This document shows positions 29,531 through 39,450 of a stretch of 64,000 bases of DNA, in pieces; the first letter of the stretch is position 1; each line of letters begins with the position of its first letter. Under the pieces are notes generated by a model. It saw only the letters and a list, made by a program, of their open reading frames with translations, had not been told where the DNA came from and made no database searches. Source of the stretch: Ostreococcus lucimarinus (taxonomy: Eukaryota). The DNA is taken from assembly GCA_000092065.1 (NCBI GenBank), contig CP000594.1; one strand, given 5' to 3'. Position numbers and translations under genes: made by a program.

Positions 29531-29944
29531 CGACGTCCCCGCGGTCGCCGTCGTCGTCGTCGTCGCGTCGCGTCGTCGCGTCGCCTCGCGCGTCGCGCCG
29601 TGGCGCGTCGTTTTTCGCACCGTCGCTCGAGCGCGTCGTCGCGCGCACGCGACGAGCGTCCTCGCGAGCGTCGACATGCGCGGCGCCGCGCGACCGCGCG
29701 CCGCGCGCGCGTCCGCGCGCCCACACACGCGGGTGTCGCCCCGCCACATCCCGGCACCCATATACATACCATCAAACACACCCAAAGTACGCATACAAAC
29801 CACATACGAAATACCACGCGAAATCCATCATTAAAATCAGGCACCCCCCGCCGCGCCCCATCGCGCGACAGGCGCGTCGATTTCGAAATCCCGCGTCGCC
29901 CGCGCGCCACTCCGCGACGCCGCGCGCGCCCGAGCGCACGCGCG

Positions 29945-32637
29945 ATGCCGCCCGCGCTGACGCCGAACGCGATATCCAATATTCTCGAACAGACCCACGG
30001 ATCGCAGGACTTCAAACCCATCGTCCAAGTGTTCGATCTGAAGGAATTGAAAACCAAACCCGACGCCGACGACGCCGCGAAGCGATTCCGCGTCCTCGCG
30101 TCCGACGGTGGATTCGCGGCGCAGGGATTGTTCGGGGCGGAGTTGAACGCGATGTGCGAGCGAGGGGAAATTACGAAATTCACGGTGCTGCGGTTGAGAG
30201 AGTACATCGTGAACGATCTGAACGGGAGACGGTGCGTGCGCGAGATGGGTTGGGATGGGCGGCGCGGCGCGGCGCGGCGCGGCGCGAGGGGCGAGACGAG
30301 ACGCGCGAGGATGGAGACGCGCGATCGAGGGATCGCGATGATCTTGGATGGAAGCGAGGAAGGCGGCGCGATGCGCGAGGGGGGTGACTGACGATCGTGC
30401 GAACGGACGAATGGTTTGAACGTAGGATTTTGATCGTCATGGACGCCGAGGTGATGGATCGGTACGACGCCGTCATCGGACAGCCGCGGGTGTGGCAGCC
30501 GGGGACTGGGACGAACGCGTCGACGGGGATGAACGCGGGGGGGATGCAACAGCAAAGAAACGCGTACGGAGGAGCGCCGGCGGCGCAGGTGGAAGGCTAC
30601 GGGTCGGGTGGAGGGAACGGCGCGAATCTGGCGACGGAACCGCCGCGCGCGAGCGGTGGCGGGTACGGTGGCGGCGCGCCGGCGGCGCAGGGGCAGTATC
30701 GTCGAGATGGTGGCGCGGTGGCGCGCAATGAGCAGCCGAGGTCCATCACGCCGATCCATGCGTTGAACCCGTACCAGAACCGTTGGACTATTCGCGCGCG
30801 AATCACGACTCCGTTGGAGTTGCGCTCGTATTCGAATGCGAAAGGCGAAGGTAAGGTGCTCGGCTTTCAAGTGCTCGATGCCGACGGAACGGAGATCAAG
30901 TGCGTGTGCTTTAACGACACCGCCGTGCGCCTCGCGGGGGAGTTACGTCAAGGCTTGGTGTACGAAATTTCCAAGGGAGCAATCGTCACGCCGCGCGACC
31001 CGCGGTACGCGATTTATCAGTACGAAATTAAGTTGGATAACCACGCGACGTTCGTGCCGTGTCCAGACGCCGAACGCGACATCAAGAAGATGGTATACAA
31101 GTTCAAGAAGCTTTCTGAACTCGACGCGCTCAACGCCGGAGATATGGTGGATGTCATTGGCATCGCATACTCTGTGGGTGATTTGACGACGATCATGAAG
31201 CGCGACGGTTCCGAAACTTCGAAGCGTTCTGTGATGATTCGCGACGACTCGGACACATCCATCGAGTTCACGCTTTGGGATCCGCACTCAGTCGAGATTG
31301 GCGGGCAAATCGAAAGCTTGATCGCTAGCGGCGAAAAACCCGTCATCGCGGTGAAGAGCTCTCGATTGGGCGAGTTCCAAGGCAAGAACATGGGCACCGT
31401 GAGCAGCACGATGGTAGAAATAAATCCCGACAGTTCCGAGGCGACGCGCATGCGCGTTTGGTTTGATCAAGGCGGCGCCGATAAAACTTTCAACTCCTTG
31501 AGCGGTTCTGGCGGTGGCGGCGGCAAAGGCAGTGGTGAATTGCTCTCGTTCTCGACTGTGAAAGAGATCGGTGAAGAACTCGTGGCTAAAAATGAGGGCG
31601 TGGCGTACCTGAGTTGCTGCGGTATCATAAAGCACATCAAACTCGGCGCGGAAGGTAACTTCTATCCCGCGTGTCCGTTGCTTAATGGTGAACGCACGTG
31701 CCAAAAGAAGCTGCGTAAAGATGACTCGACTGGTGAATGGAAGTGCGAACGTCACGCCGGTGAAAAAATCGAAGCCGCGGATTGGCGTTACATGTTTAGC
31801 ATGGTTTGCATGGATCACAGCGATGAGTATTGGGTGAGCGTTTTCGGTGACAAGGGTGACAAGATTTTCGGGATAAGCGCCGCTGAAATGAAGGAAATCT
31901 ACGACCGTGAACCGGAGCGATACGAAAACATGATCAGTGACGCACTGTTCAACGATTACTCTCTACGCGTTAAGGTCGCCGTTGACAACTACACCGACGT
32001 ACCCCGCGCCAAGGGCAGCTTGGTTGAAATCGAGCGCGTCAACTACGTAGACATGAGCAAGAAGTTGATCGGCAAGATTGCAAAGCTTCACGCTGGCGAA
32101 GAACCCGAAGTGTACGTGCCGCCTACGAAGAAGCGTGCTTCCGATGTCGGTTACGGGCAGGAGAACAAGATGCCGGCGTTCAACGGCGGTTGGAACCAAG
32201 CGGGTGGGCAAGCCAACGGTGGTGGCGCGAGTGCCGCGAACGCCGCGAACGCAACTTGCTACAAGTGCGGTCAGACCGGTCATTTTGCGGCAGCCTGCCC
32301 GAGCGGTGGCGGCGGCGGCGGCGGTGCGTCGTACAACCAATTCAATGGCAACGGCGGCGGTGGCGGCTTCAACAACAACGCTCCGAAGAAGGGCGCTTGC
32401 CACAAGTGCGGCGGAGAGGGACACTGGGCGCGCGACTGTCCGAACGCGGCCTACATGGGCAACGGCAACGGCGGTAATCAACCGGTGCACAACGGCAACG
32501 GCTACGGTGGTGGCGGCTACGGTGGCGGCGGCGGCGGCTACGGTGGCGGCGGCGGCGGCTACGGCGGCGGCGGCGGCGGCTACGGCGGCGGCGGCGGCGG
32601 TTACGGCGGTGGTGGCTACGGCGGCGGTGGTTTTTAA
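29945..32637 (+). CDS. RPA1: Replication protein A large subunit (RPA1/RPA70), two exons, with two C-terminal CCHC zinc knuckles and a Gly/Tyr-rich tail
   Basis: Exon 1 (29945..30231) is the RPA70N domain (FKPIVQVFDLKEL...RFRVLASDG...FTVLRLREYIVNDLNGRR). Exon 2 (30426..32637) carries the OB-fold DBD-A/B/C and the C4 zinc ribbon. It ends with CYKCGQTGHFAAACP and CHKCGGEGHWARDCP knuckles and GYGGGGGG repeats. The splice CG|GTGCGTGC ... CTGAC ... GAACGTAG|G joins ...DLNGRR to ILIVMDAEVMD, reproducing the conserved GRRVVILMELEV junction. Confidence 0.85.
30232..30425 (+). other. Intron of RPA1 (194 nt, GT-AG)
   Basis: GTGCGT donor, a CTGAC branch motif ~36 nt from the 3' end, and a TAG acceptor. 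The flanking ORFs are in different frames, which the splice reconciles. Confidence 0.8.
32500..32632 (+). repeat. In-frame GGC/TAC codon tandem repeat, (GGCGGCGGCGGCGGCTAC)n, encoding (GGGGGGY)n
   Basis: ggctacggtggcggcggcggcggctacggtggcggcggc... at the 3' end of RPA1. Confidence 0.85.
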
Positions 32638-32723
32638 AATCAGATCACGAACAAACGCACGAACGCACGAATAGATGACACGCGCATGTAACATGAACGA
32701 ACGAATACAACAAATTACAAACA

Positions 32724-34790
32724 CTATTCGTCGACGAGCGGAAGCGCGTCTCTCGAACGGATGGCTGGAAGCATAGCCGGAATCAAGTTCAGGTAATCTT
32801 CCAACAGTCCTGTCGTGGTGATGAACTGCCACGTGAAGAAGGCCATGACGAGTGATACGAAAAGCGTGGCGACGAAAGCGCGCTCGCGGAAACCCGAACG
32901 CCGGATCATAGCGATCGTCGTTGCCATGACGGGATGAATCGTCATTCTGAAGTAGAACATCGGATAGAAAACGACGAGCGCGACGGAGTACACGGCCAAG
33001 TGTCTCAAGTACTGACGACGCTGTGACCCAGACATTTGCTGCCACGTAAGACCTCGCCACGAGCCCGCTAAAGCTCGTCGCGGCGGTCTTGGAACGAAAG
33101 GTTCATGCTTGCACTTGACGCAGTGACACTTACCACCCACGATGCAACGAGGCAAGATGTGGGGCGAAAACTTTTCATGCAGCTTTTCGATGCCATCGTC
33201 GTCCGCTTGGTAAATCAAAATGCGTCCCTTTGTGCTACTACTCACGACCTCGAGTAATATTTGCAACGCACGTCTCATGAGCCACCACACATTGATGCAA
33301 TGCACCTCGCACGCCAGCTCCGGGTAGTTGGCGTCGAGCGTCACGAGAGTCGTGGCGACGAGGGAAATCGGAAGCGAAGTCAAATCGATACCCGAGCAAT
33401 CGACGAGCGCCACCAAACGACCTCGCATGACACCATTTGACTTCTTCAACCGCATCCACTCCTGCTCGGCGTGCGTCATCACCGCGGCAACGACTTCGTC
33501 CAAGCCTTCCATGCCCACTGCGTCCATGGCGGCTCGAAGTCTCAGCACGAGTTGATAACCGCCGCTCCAGCTTTGCTTCGGACCGTGAATGTATACCACG
33601 TTCTCAAACTGCTTCAGCTTGGCGTCGGTCAAGAACTCATACCTTCTGCGCCATTGCAACGATCGTTCCACGGCTTGCGCCGCGGCGGACGTGTGCTTCC
33701 ACTGTAACAAGAAAGCCGCGAGTTGGGTGTCGGTGAACTTGGCTCTCGCGGTCGGCGAGAGTTTATTTTTCAAAGCGTGAATCTCGTATTCGCGGGGAAT
33801 TAACAGTGCGTTCCCGTATCCAGTATCTGTCGCCACCACACCAGTGTACACGGCGGCTGGCAGTCGTTGTAATCTATTCATTCCGCCCTTGACCCAACCG
33901 ACGGGGCGCAGCAGCGCGTGCCTTTGCCTATGGCTTTCGGCGTACTCTCTCGATTGATTGATGCTCTCGTCGTCGCTCTCTTCATCGCTACCTATGTCTT
34001 CGTCACTGGCGTACTCTCCGTTCGTCCCCGTTCCCGATCCACGTCGACGCCTTCGTCTGTTCCTAGCCCCCGTGAATCGCGCGATGGTGCTCAGCTGTCC
34101 CTCCGCGTGCCGCATCGCGTACAGCACGTCCCTCGGCAACGTCTCCTCCAAAACCTCCCACGCCTCGTTCACCGCCGCCCTATACGAACTCACCTCATTC
34201 TTCACCTTATTCTTCGCCAACAACTTCCCCAACCGCTTCGCGTGTCGCTGCAGCTTTATCCGCACCGCCGGAATCTTGCACACGCGCGCCGCCATTTTCG
34301 CAAACTTCCGCACGAAACATTTATACGGCGCCGACGCCGCGACGAGCAGCGCCACGCGTCCCGTGATCGTCGGCAGCGGCTTACTCGACGCCAGCCCCTT
34401 CGTCATCGTCGCCAACGCCTTGACGACGAGCGTTTCGATCCTTCGTCTTCGCGTCCCGACCGCGTTCGCCTTTAAAAATCCCAACGTTCGTCGTCCGCGG
34501 TGGTTGACGCGATACATCTCTCCCGCGCACACGCACGCCGCGACCAGCGGGCCGCGTCGTCGTCGGGCTTTGCGCAGCCAGACGACTCGCGCGGCGTAGC
34601 TCGCGAACTGCGCCGTGGGCGTCGTCGCGCGGTACAATTCGCGCGCGACCGCCGCCGTGGACGCCGTCGCGAGCGCGACGGCACCGCGACCGAGCGGGCG
34701 CGTCGTCGCGCGCGCGACGACGCGAACGGCGACCTCAGCGGTAGCACCATCGTCCGCGCGCGTCGACGACGCGCCGGACGACGGCGTCAT
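32724..34790 (-). CDS. CRAL-TRIO (Sec14-like) lipid-binding domain protein with C-terminal transmembrane helices
   Basis: CRAL-TRIO N-terminal helix pattern (AAFLLQWKHTSAAAQAVERSLQWRRRYEF) and core domain (VYIHGP...LVALVDCSGIDLTSL...YPELACEVHCINVWWLMRRALQIL...GRILIY). Hydrophobic C-terminus. Confidence 0.65.
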   Translation of the reverse strand: MTPSSGASSTRADDGATAEVAVRVVARATTRPLGRGAVALATASTAAVARELYRATTPTAQFASYAARVVWLRKARRRRGPLVAACVCAGEMYRVNHRGRRTLGFLKANAVGTRRRRIETLVVKALATMTKGLASSKPLPTITGRVALLVAASAPYKCFVRKFAKMAARVCKIPAVRIKLQRHAKRLGKLLAKNKVKNEVSSYRAAVNEAWEVLEETLPRDVLYAMRHAEGQLSTIARFTGARNRRRRRRGSGTGTNGEYASDEDIGSDEESDDESINQSREYAESHRQRHALLRPVGWVKGGMNRLQRLPAAVYTGVVATDTGYGNALLIPREYEIHALKNKLSPTARAKFTDTQLAAFLLQWKHTSAAAQAVERSLQWRRRYEFLTDAKLKQFENVVYIHGPKQSWSGGYQLVLRLRAAMDAVGMEGLDEVVAAVMTHAEQEWMRLKKSNGVMRGRLVALVDCSGIDLTSLPISLVATTLVTLDANYPELACEVHCINVWWLMRRALQILLEVVSSSTKGRILIYQADDDGIEKLHEKFSPHILPRCIVGGKCHCVKCKHEPFVPRPPRRALAGSWRGLTWQQMSGSQRRQYLRHLAVYSVALVVFYPMFYFRMTIHPVMATTIAMIRRSGFRERAFVATLFVSLVMAFFTWQFITTTGLLEDYLNLIPAMLPAIRSRDALPLVDE

Positions 34791-34937
34791 GACGCGCGTC
34801 GACGACTGACGCGGCGCGCGCCGAACGCGCCGCGCGGCGACGCCGCGAGCGACGAACGACGCGCCGCGAGATCACGCGAAACGACGCCGCGATAACGCTA
34901 CGACGAATACATCGAATAAATAGACGCGCCTACGAAT

Positions 34938-35290
34938 CTACGAATCGCGATCGCCGCTCGAATCGCGATCGCCCGCCTCGAGCGCGCCCGTCAACATCGC
35001 GCGCCGAAGCGTCAAGTTATCCTCGCGCGTCCGGTCGATCGCCTCAGCCTTCATCCAATCGTAATCGAATCCCTCGGCATCGCACGCCAGCACTTTTCTC
35101 GTCTCGATGATTCGCACGGCGACGAGTCGGTAATCCAGCTCTTCGTGCGCCATGAGTTCCGCCAACCACGCGCTCGCGTCGGCGCGCAGCGGCTTGGCGT
35201 GCAGGTAATCGATCCAGTTTCGGCGCCATCGGCGAGCGGTGTCGCGTCCCTGACATCTGGTCCAGGACGACGCGGACGGCGGACATGGTG
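34938..35290 (-). CDS. Possible small unannotated gene. Two proteinaceous ORFs sit in adjacent frames, which suggests a frameshift or a non-canonical splice.
   Basis: The downstream frame encodes ...WIDYLHAKPLRADASAWLAELMAHEELDYRLVAVRIIETRKVLACDAEGFDYDWMKAEAIDRTREDNLTLRRAML. The upstream frame starts with ATG (MSAVRVVLDQ...), or extends further to an Ala/Arg-rich leader at 35493. I found no clean GT-AG junction. Confidence 0.25.
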
Positions 35291-35598
35291 AGGAGGTCGG
35301 CGAGCGCCTTGGCGGCCTTTCGCGGCGGCGTGAGACCGTCGAAGTCGACGGTGGCGAAGAAGTCCGCGCCGAGGGCGTCGTCGTCGTCGGCGGCGGCGCG
35401 CGCGCGAGGCGAGGCGCGCGCGCGCGCGCGAGCGCGCGCGACGCGACCGGACGTGGACGCAGCGGCGGCGCTCGCGGCGGCGCTCGCGCGCATGACGGCG
35501 CGGCGCGCGCGGGTGTGAGGAGGACGCGCGGTCGACGCGCGCGAGCGGGACGCGAGGGGCGTCGGTTGACGTCGGTTCAGCGCGAAAGGTGCGTCGAT

Positions 35599-37893
35599 TC
35601 AACAGACGAGCGGGCTGGCCGGAGCGGCGGGACGGAGCAAAAGGAGCGTCGCGCACAGAGCGACGAGACCGAGCTCGGTGGACGTCAACAGGGACGGGAT
35701 GTGGGCGGCGCCGGCGTCGACGACGGCGGAGACGACGTTCGCGAGCGAGGCGCCGGACGCGAGGAGAGCGCGGCTGTCGGCGCCGACGATGGCGTAGAAG
35801 ACGACCCAGGGCGCCATACCGAATGCGGTTCCGGCGACGATGGCGCGGATGGGGACTTGAGTGAGACCCAGGAGGTAGTTGGTGACCGTGAACGGGGCGT
35901 GCGGGAGGAGACGCATCAACGAAACTTTGGAGGCTTGCACGAGGGCGTCGCCGTCGCCGCTCACGGCGCGGTTCACCTTTTTCAACTGCGCCGCGATCGA
36001 TCGACGCGCGGGCGCACCGATGCCCGTTTGCTGCGCCAAGTCATCGCTGATTTGCCTATACCCTCGAGCGCGGCTCGCGCTCGCGGAGATGGCGGCGGCG
36101 CACACGGCGGCGCATAAACCGAGCGCCGCGCCGTACGCGGGACCAAAAAATAAGCCAGCCATGATGAACAAAGGCTGCGTAGGAACGAATGGAATTATCG
36201 CCGCGAGCGTGGTGATCGCGGTGAGGCACAATGGCGCGAGCACGGGACCAGCTTTACTGATCGCGGACTCGGCGACGTTGAGCCAGCTCGTCGCTCCGAA
36301 CGCGGCCTTGACTTTGGTCGCCGTGGCGATCGGACCGGCTTGTCTCGCGTAAACCAGCGCGCTCACGGCGGCGGCGAAGATGGCGACTTGCAAAATGTGT
36401 TGACCACTGATCAAAAAGTCAAACACAGCCACCGCGCGTCGGCGAATACCGATGGCTTTGATCGCCTTGCGCAAGTTTCGCAACTTGAAAAATCGCTCCA
36501 ACCCTTTCGAGTACTGGTTCTCTCGGAGATTTCTATTGGACGACATCCATCCCCACTTTTCGACGTCTGCGCGACTTGCCGCACCCATGCGTTGGCGTTC
36601 GCTGTCGTTCTCGAGCAACATCTTGACGTGCTCGGCGGCTTTGTCGTAGTCGTACTCGGGGTAGAGCAAGCCGACGTCGCCCGGATTGGTGAGGATATCG
36701 AGTAAGCCACCGGCGGCGACGGCAACGACGGGTACGCCCGAAGCCATGGACTCCATGACGACAAAACCGAGCGTCTCACTCGGGCTCGGCATGACGAACA
36801 CGTCCAAAGACGCGTACGCTGCGGACAAATCGTCTCCCGTGATCATCCCCGTGAAAACTGTATTCGTTCCGGCAAAGTGCTCCTCGAGCCTTTTACGTTC
36901 GGGTCCGTCTCCGATGATGGCCAAATTCACGTTCGACGGTAATTTTGCGAGAATATCTTTGAGATCTCCCAAGCGCTTTTCCGCGCCGAGGCGTCCGACG
37001 CACCCGATGATCGGACCGTCGCGACCGCCGCTCAGACGCTTGCGCATCTCCTCGCTCTTAAAGCTCGGATTGAACGCCACCGTGTCCACGCCCTTGTCCC
37101 AGACTTGCAAATTTTTACACCCTTCTCCTCTCAACTCGTTCTCCAGAATGCTCGAAGTCACCAACGTCGTCGACGCGTAGCCGTTCCAAAACCGAATCAA
37201 GTCCCACATCGGCTTGACCAACCCCGCCCACGTGTACCTCGGAATGTAGTGCGGAATGTGCGTGTGATACGACTCCACGAGCGGTATATCCATCGCCTTA
37301 CAGTACGTCATCGCCCCAAAAATCATCCCTCCCGGCACCGCGCAGTGCACCAAGTCCGGTTTATTCTCCTTAAACTCCCGCCACACCCGTCCGTCGAGCC
37401 CGAACGAGCACAGCAGCGTGTCCGTCCCGTAAAACGGCAGCACGAACCCTCTCAACCCGATCACCTTCGCCCCGTGATACTCCTTCGGCGGATCGCGATC
37501 GGGCGTGATCACCACCACGTCGTCTCCCATCTCTCGCAGGTTCTCGATCAATCGCAGGAATCGATTCTTCATCCCGCTCACGTGCGAAAACGGGCTCGGC
37601 TCCACGAAGATGGCCACGCGTCGTTTCGGTCGCGCGTCCGTCGTCGCCGTCGCCGTCGCGGTCGTTCGCGTCGTCGCGCGTCGCCTCGCGACGACCACCG
37701 CGGCGTTCCGCGTCGCCGTCGAGCGCGCGTCCGCGCGTCCCGCGTCGCCGTCGCGTCGTTTCGGTCGGAATATACCACCGCCCGTCGTCGTCGTCGTCGT
37801 CGCGCGCGTCGTCGTCGTCGTCGTCGCGCGCCGCGGTCGCGCCGACGCTCGAGGCGCGCGCGTCATCGCGCGCGTCGCGAACCTCGCGTCCAT
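35599..37893 (-). CDS. SQD2: Sulfoquinovosyl-diacylglycerol synthase (SQD2-like GT4 glycosyltransferase) fused to a C-terminal DedA/TVP38/TMEM64 (SNARE_assoc) membrane domain
   Basis: GT4/SQD2 core (RRVAIFVEPSPFSHVSGMKNRFLRLIENLREMGDDVVVITP...DIPLVESYHTHIPHYIPRYTW...GRLGAEKRL...VMPSPSETLGFVVMESMASGVPVVA). After the catalytic domain comes a multi-TM region with the DedA/TVP38 hallmark RLLPHAPFTVTNYLLGLTQVPIRAIVAGTAFGMAPWVVFYAIVG. The transit-peptide-like N-terminus starts at the ATG at 37893. Confidence 0.8.
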   Translation of the reverse strand: MDARFATRAMTRAPRASARPRRATTTTTTRATTTTTTGGGIFRPKRRDGDAGRADARSTATRNAAVVVARRRATTRTTATATATTDARPKRRVAIFVEPSPFSHVSGMKNRFLRLIENLREMGDDVVVITPDRDPPKEYHGAKVIGLRGFVLPFYGTDTLLCSFGLDGRVWREFKENKPDLVHCAVPGGMIFGAMTYCKAMDIPLVESYHTHIPHYIPRYTWAGLVKPMWDLIRFWNGYASTTLVTSSILENELRGEGCKNLQVWDKGVDTVAFNPSFKSEEMRKRLSGGRDGPIIGCVGRLGAEKRLGDLKDILAKLPSNVNLAIIGDGPERKRLEEHFAGTNTVFTGMITGDDLSAAYASLDVFVMPSPSETLGFVVMESMASGVPVVAVAAGGLLDILTNPGDVGLLYPEYDYDKAAEHVKMLLENDSERQRMGAASRADVEKWGWMSSNRNLRENQYSKGLERFFKLRNLRKAIKAIGIRRRAVAVFDFLISGQHILQVAIFAAAVSALVYARQAGPIATATKVKAAFGATSWLNVAESAISKAGPVLAPLCLTAITTLAAIIPFVPTQPLFIMAGLFFGPAYGAALGLCAAVCAAAISASASRARGYRQISDDLAQQTGIGAPARRSIAAQLKKVNRAVSGDGDALVQASKVSLMRLLPHAPFTVTNYLLGLTQVPIRAIVAGTAFGMAPWVVFYAIVGADSRALLASGASLANVVSAVVDAGAAHIPSLLTSTELGLVALCATLLLLRPAAPASPLVC

Positions 37894-38622
37894 CGTCGCG
37901 GGCGTCGGCGCGAGCCCCCGCGCGTCCCGCACTGCCGCGCGCGATGGACGCCCCCGACGTCGGCGCTCGCGATCGACCGCGCGGCGGTCGACCGCATCGC
38001 GCGCGCCGCGACGCTGTCGACGCTCGCGGGCGCGCTCGCGGGCGCGGCGCTGGCGCTGCGACGACGCCGACCGCAGGCGGTGGCGCCGACGCACGCCGTC
38101 GCGGGCGCGGCGAACGTCGGCGCGTGCGGCGCGGCGCACGCGACGACGCTCGAGGCGCTGGACAGACGGCCGGACGCGCGAGGCGCGACGACGCACGCCG
38201 TCGCGGGCGCGTGCGTCGGGACGGGCGCGGCGTGGGTGAGGTGGGGACGACGCGCGGCGACGGCGGGCGCGGCGTGCGGCGCGGCGGCGGCGGGCGGCGC
38301 GAGGGCGTGCGCGACGGCGCTCGAGGGCGCGGGAGAGCGCGGGTACGAGTTCCCGAGGTGGTTTCCGGTGCAAATCGTGCGAGAGGAGGGGCGCGAGGAC
38401 GAGCTGCTGGCGCTTATGGGGCGGGCGCAGCGAGGCGAGCTGTCGGCGGAGGACGAGGCGAGGACGCGGGACGCGTACGCGCGGTGGAAGATGCGTCGAG
38501 CGGGGAGAGGGTAGAGGCGCGCGCGGCGAAGCGGTGAAGTGGAAAAGTTAGCGTAGAATACAATCGCGATCGGCGAACGTCGGTCGAGACGCGACGCGAC
38601 GCGACGCGCGCGCGCGCGAGGC

Positions 38623-39288
38623 TCAAATCATCGAAGGCGGCGTCGCGCCGAGAGACGCTAAACGTTTGAGCATGTCTCGCCCGAAACTCCCCGGCGAGTC
38701 GTCGCGCGCCAGAGGCACCGAAATTTCAAACGGGAAGCTCACGACGTCGCTCGTCGTCACCGGCGGCACGTGCGCCTTCATCTCGTTCACCAATCCCAGC
38801 ACGTGTCGCTGCGTCCCGACGACTTGGTCTCGCAGCGCCTCCCGCGCGCGCGCGCGCTCCGTCTCGTCCAACTCCTCACCCCTAAAAATCTCCAATCCGA
38901 TCCTCCACTGTTCCCAGTACCCATTCGCCGCGCGCGCTTCCTCCCGTCGCGTTCGTCCGCCGCTCAGCGCCTCTCGCAGCGCGCCGCCGCGTCTCGGCTT
39001 GTCCCGCTCGCGCTCGTAAAAGCTCACCGCCACGTCCGCCTCCCCGCCTCCCGTCTTCAGCGCCCATCGCACGAGGGCGTTTATCTTCTCCTCTATCTTC
39101 CCGTCCACCGCGCCGTCGCCGCACGCGACGTAGTGCACGTCCACGCGCTCGCATCGCGCGTCCCGAGGCGCGCAGCATCCGAGCGCGCGCGCGAAGACGA
39201 TCGTGTGCAGCAGCGCCGAGAGCACGTCGCGCACCTGCGACAGCTCGCATCGCAGCGGCGGCAGCGCGAACACCTCCCGCGCCCGCAT
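38623..39288 (-). CDS. ATG101: Autophagy-related protein 101 (ATG101)
   Basis: Collinear similarity to the ATG101 HORMA-like fold ([13 protein letters not shown] ~ [61 protein letters not shown] ~ [60 protein letters not shown] ~ PWEVWTVKVHV). The start is the ATG at 39288. Confidence 0.65.
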   Translation of the reverse strand: [221 protein letters not shown]

Positions 39289-39450
39289 GCGCGCGCGCGT
39301 CGACGCGCGCCGCGATGCGCGGTCGCGGCGCGGTCGCATCGCGATTCCGTCGCCACCGCGGCGTAACACTATAAAACGCGCGGACGCGACGACGCCGACG
39401 GTGTCGCGCCGCAGAAGACGACGCGCGCGACGCGACGCGACGCGAGCGGC

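Noticed and set aside
28997-29944. The upstream 316 codons of the 464-aa + ORF that contains RPA1 exon 1
   Set aside because: It is antisense to the Nudix gene and His/Arg/Pro-rich. RPA1 begins at the ATG at 29945.
32500-32632. The GGC-rich tandem repeat as an intergenic satellite or low-complexity contaminant
   Set aside because: It is in frame within RPA1, immediately after two CCHC knuckles, and encodes a coherent GY-rich tail ending at a TAA stop. I treated it as a coding repeat.
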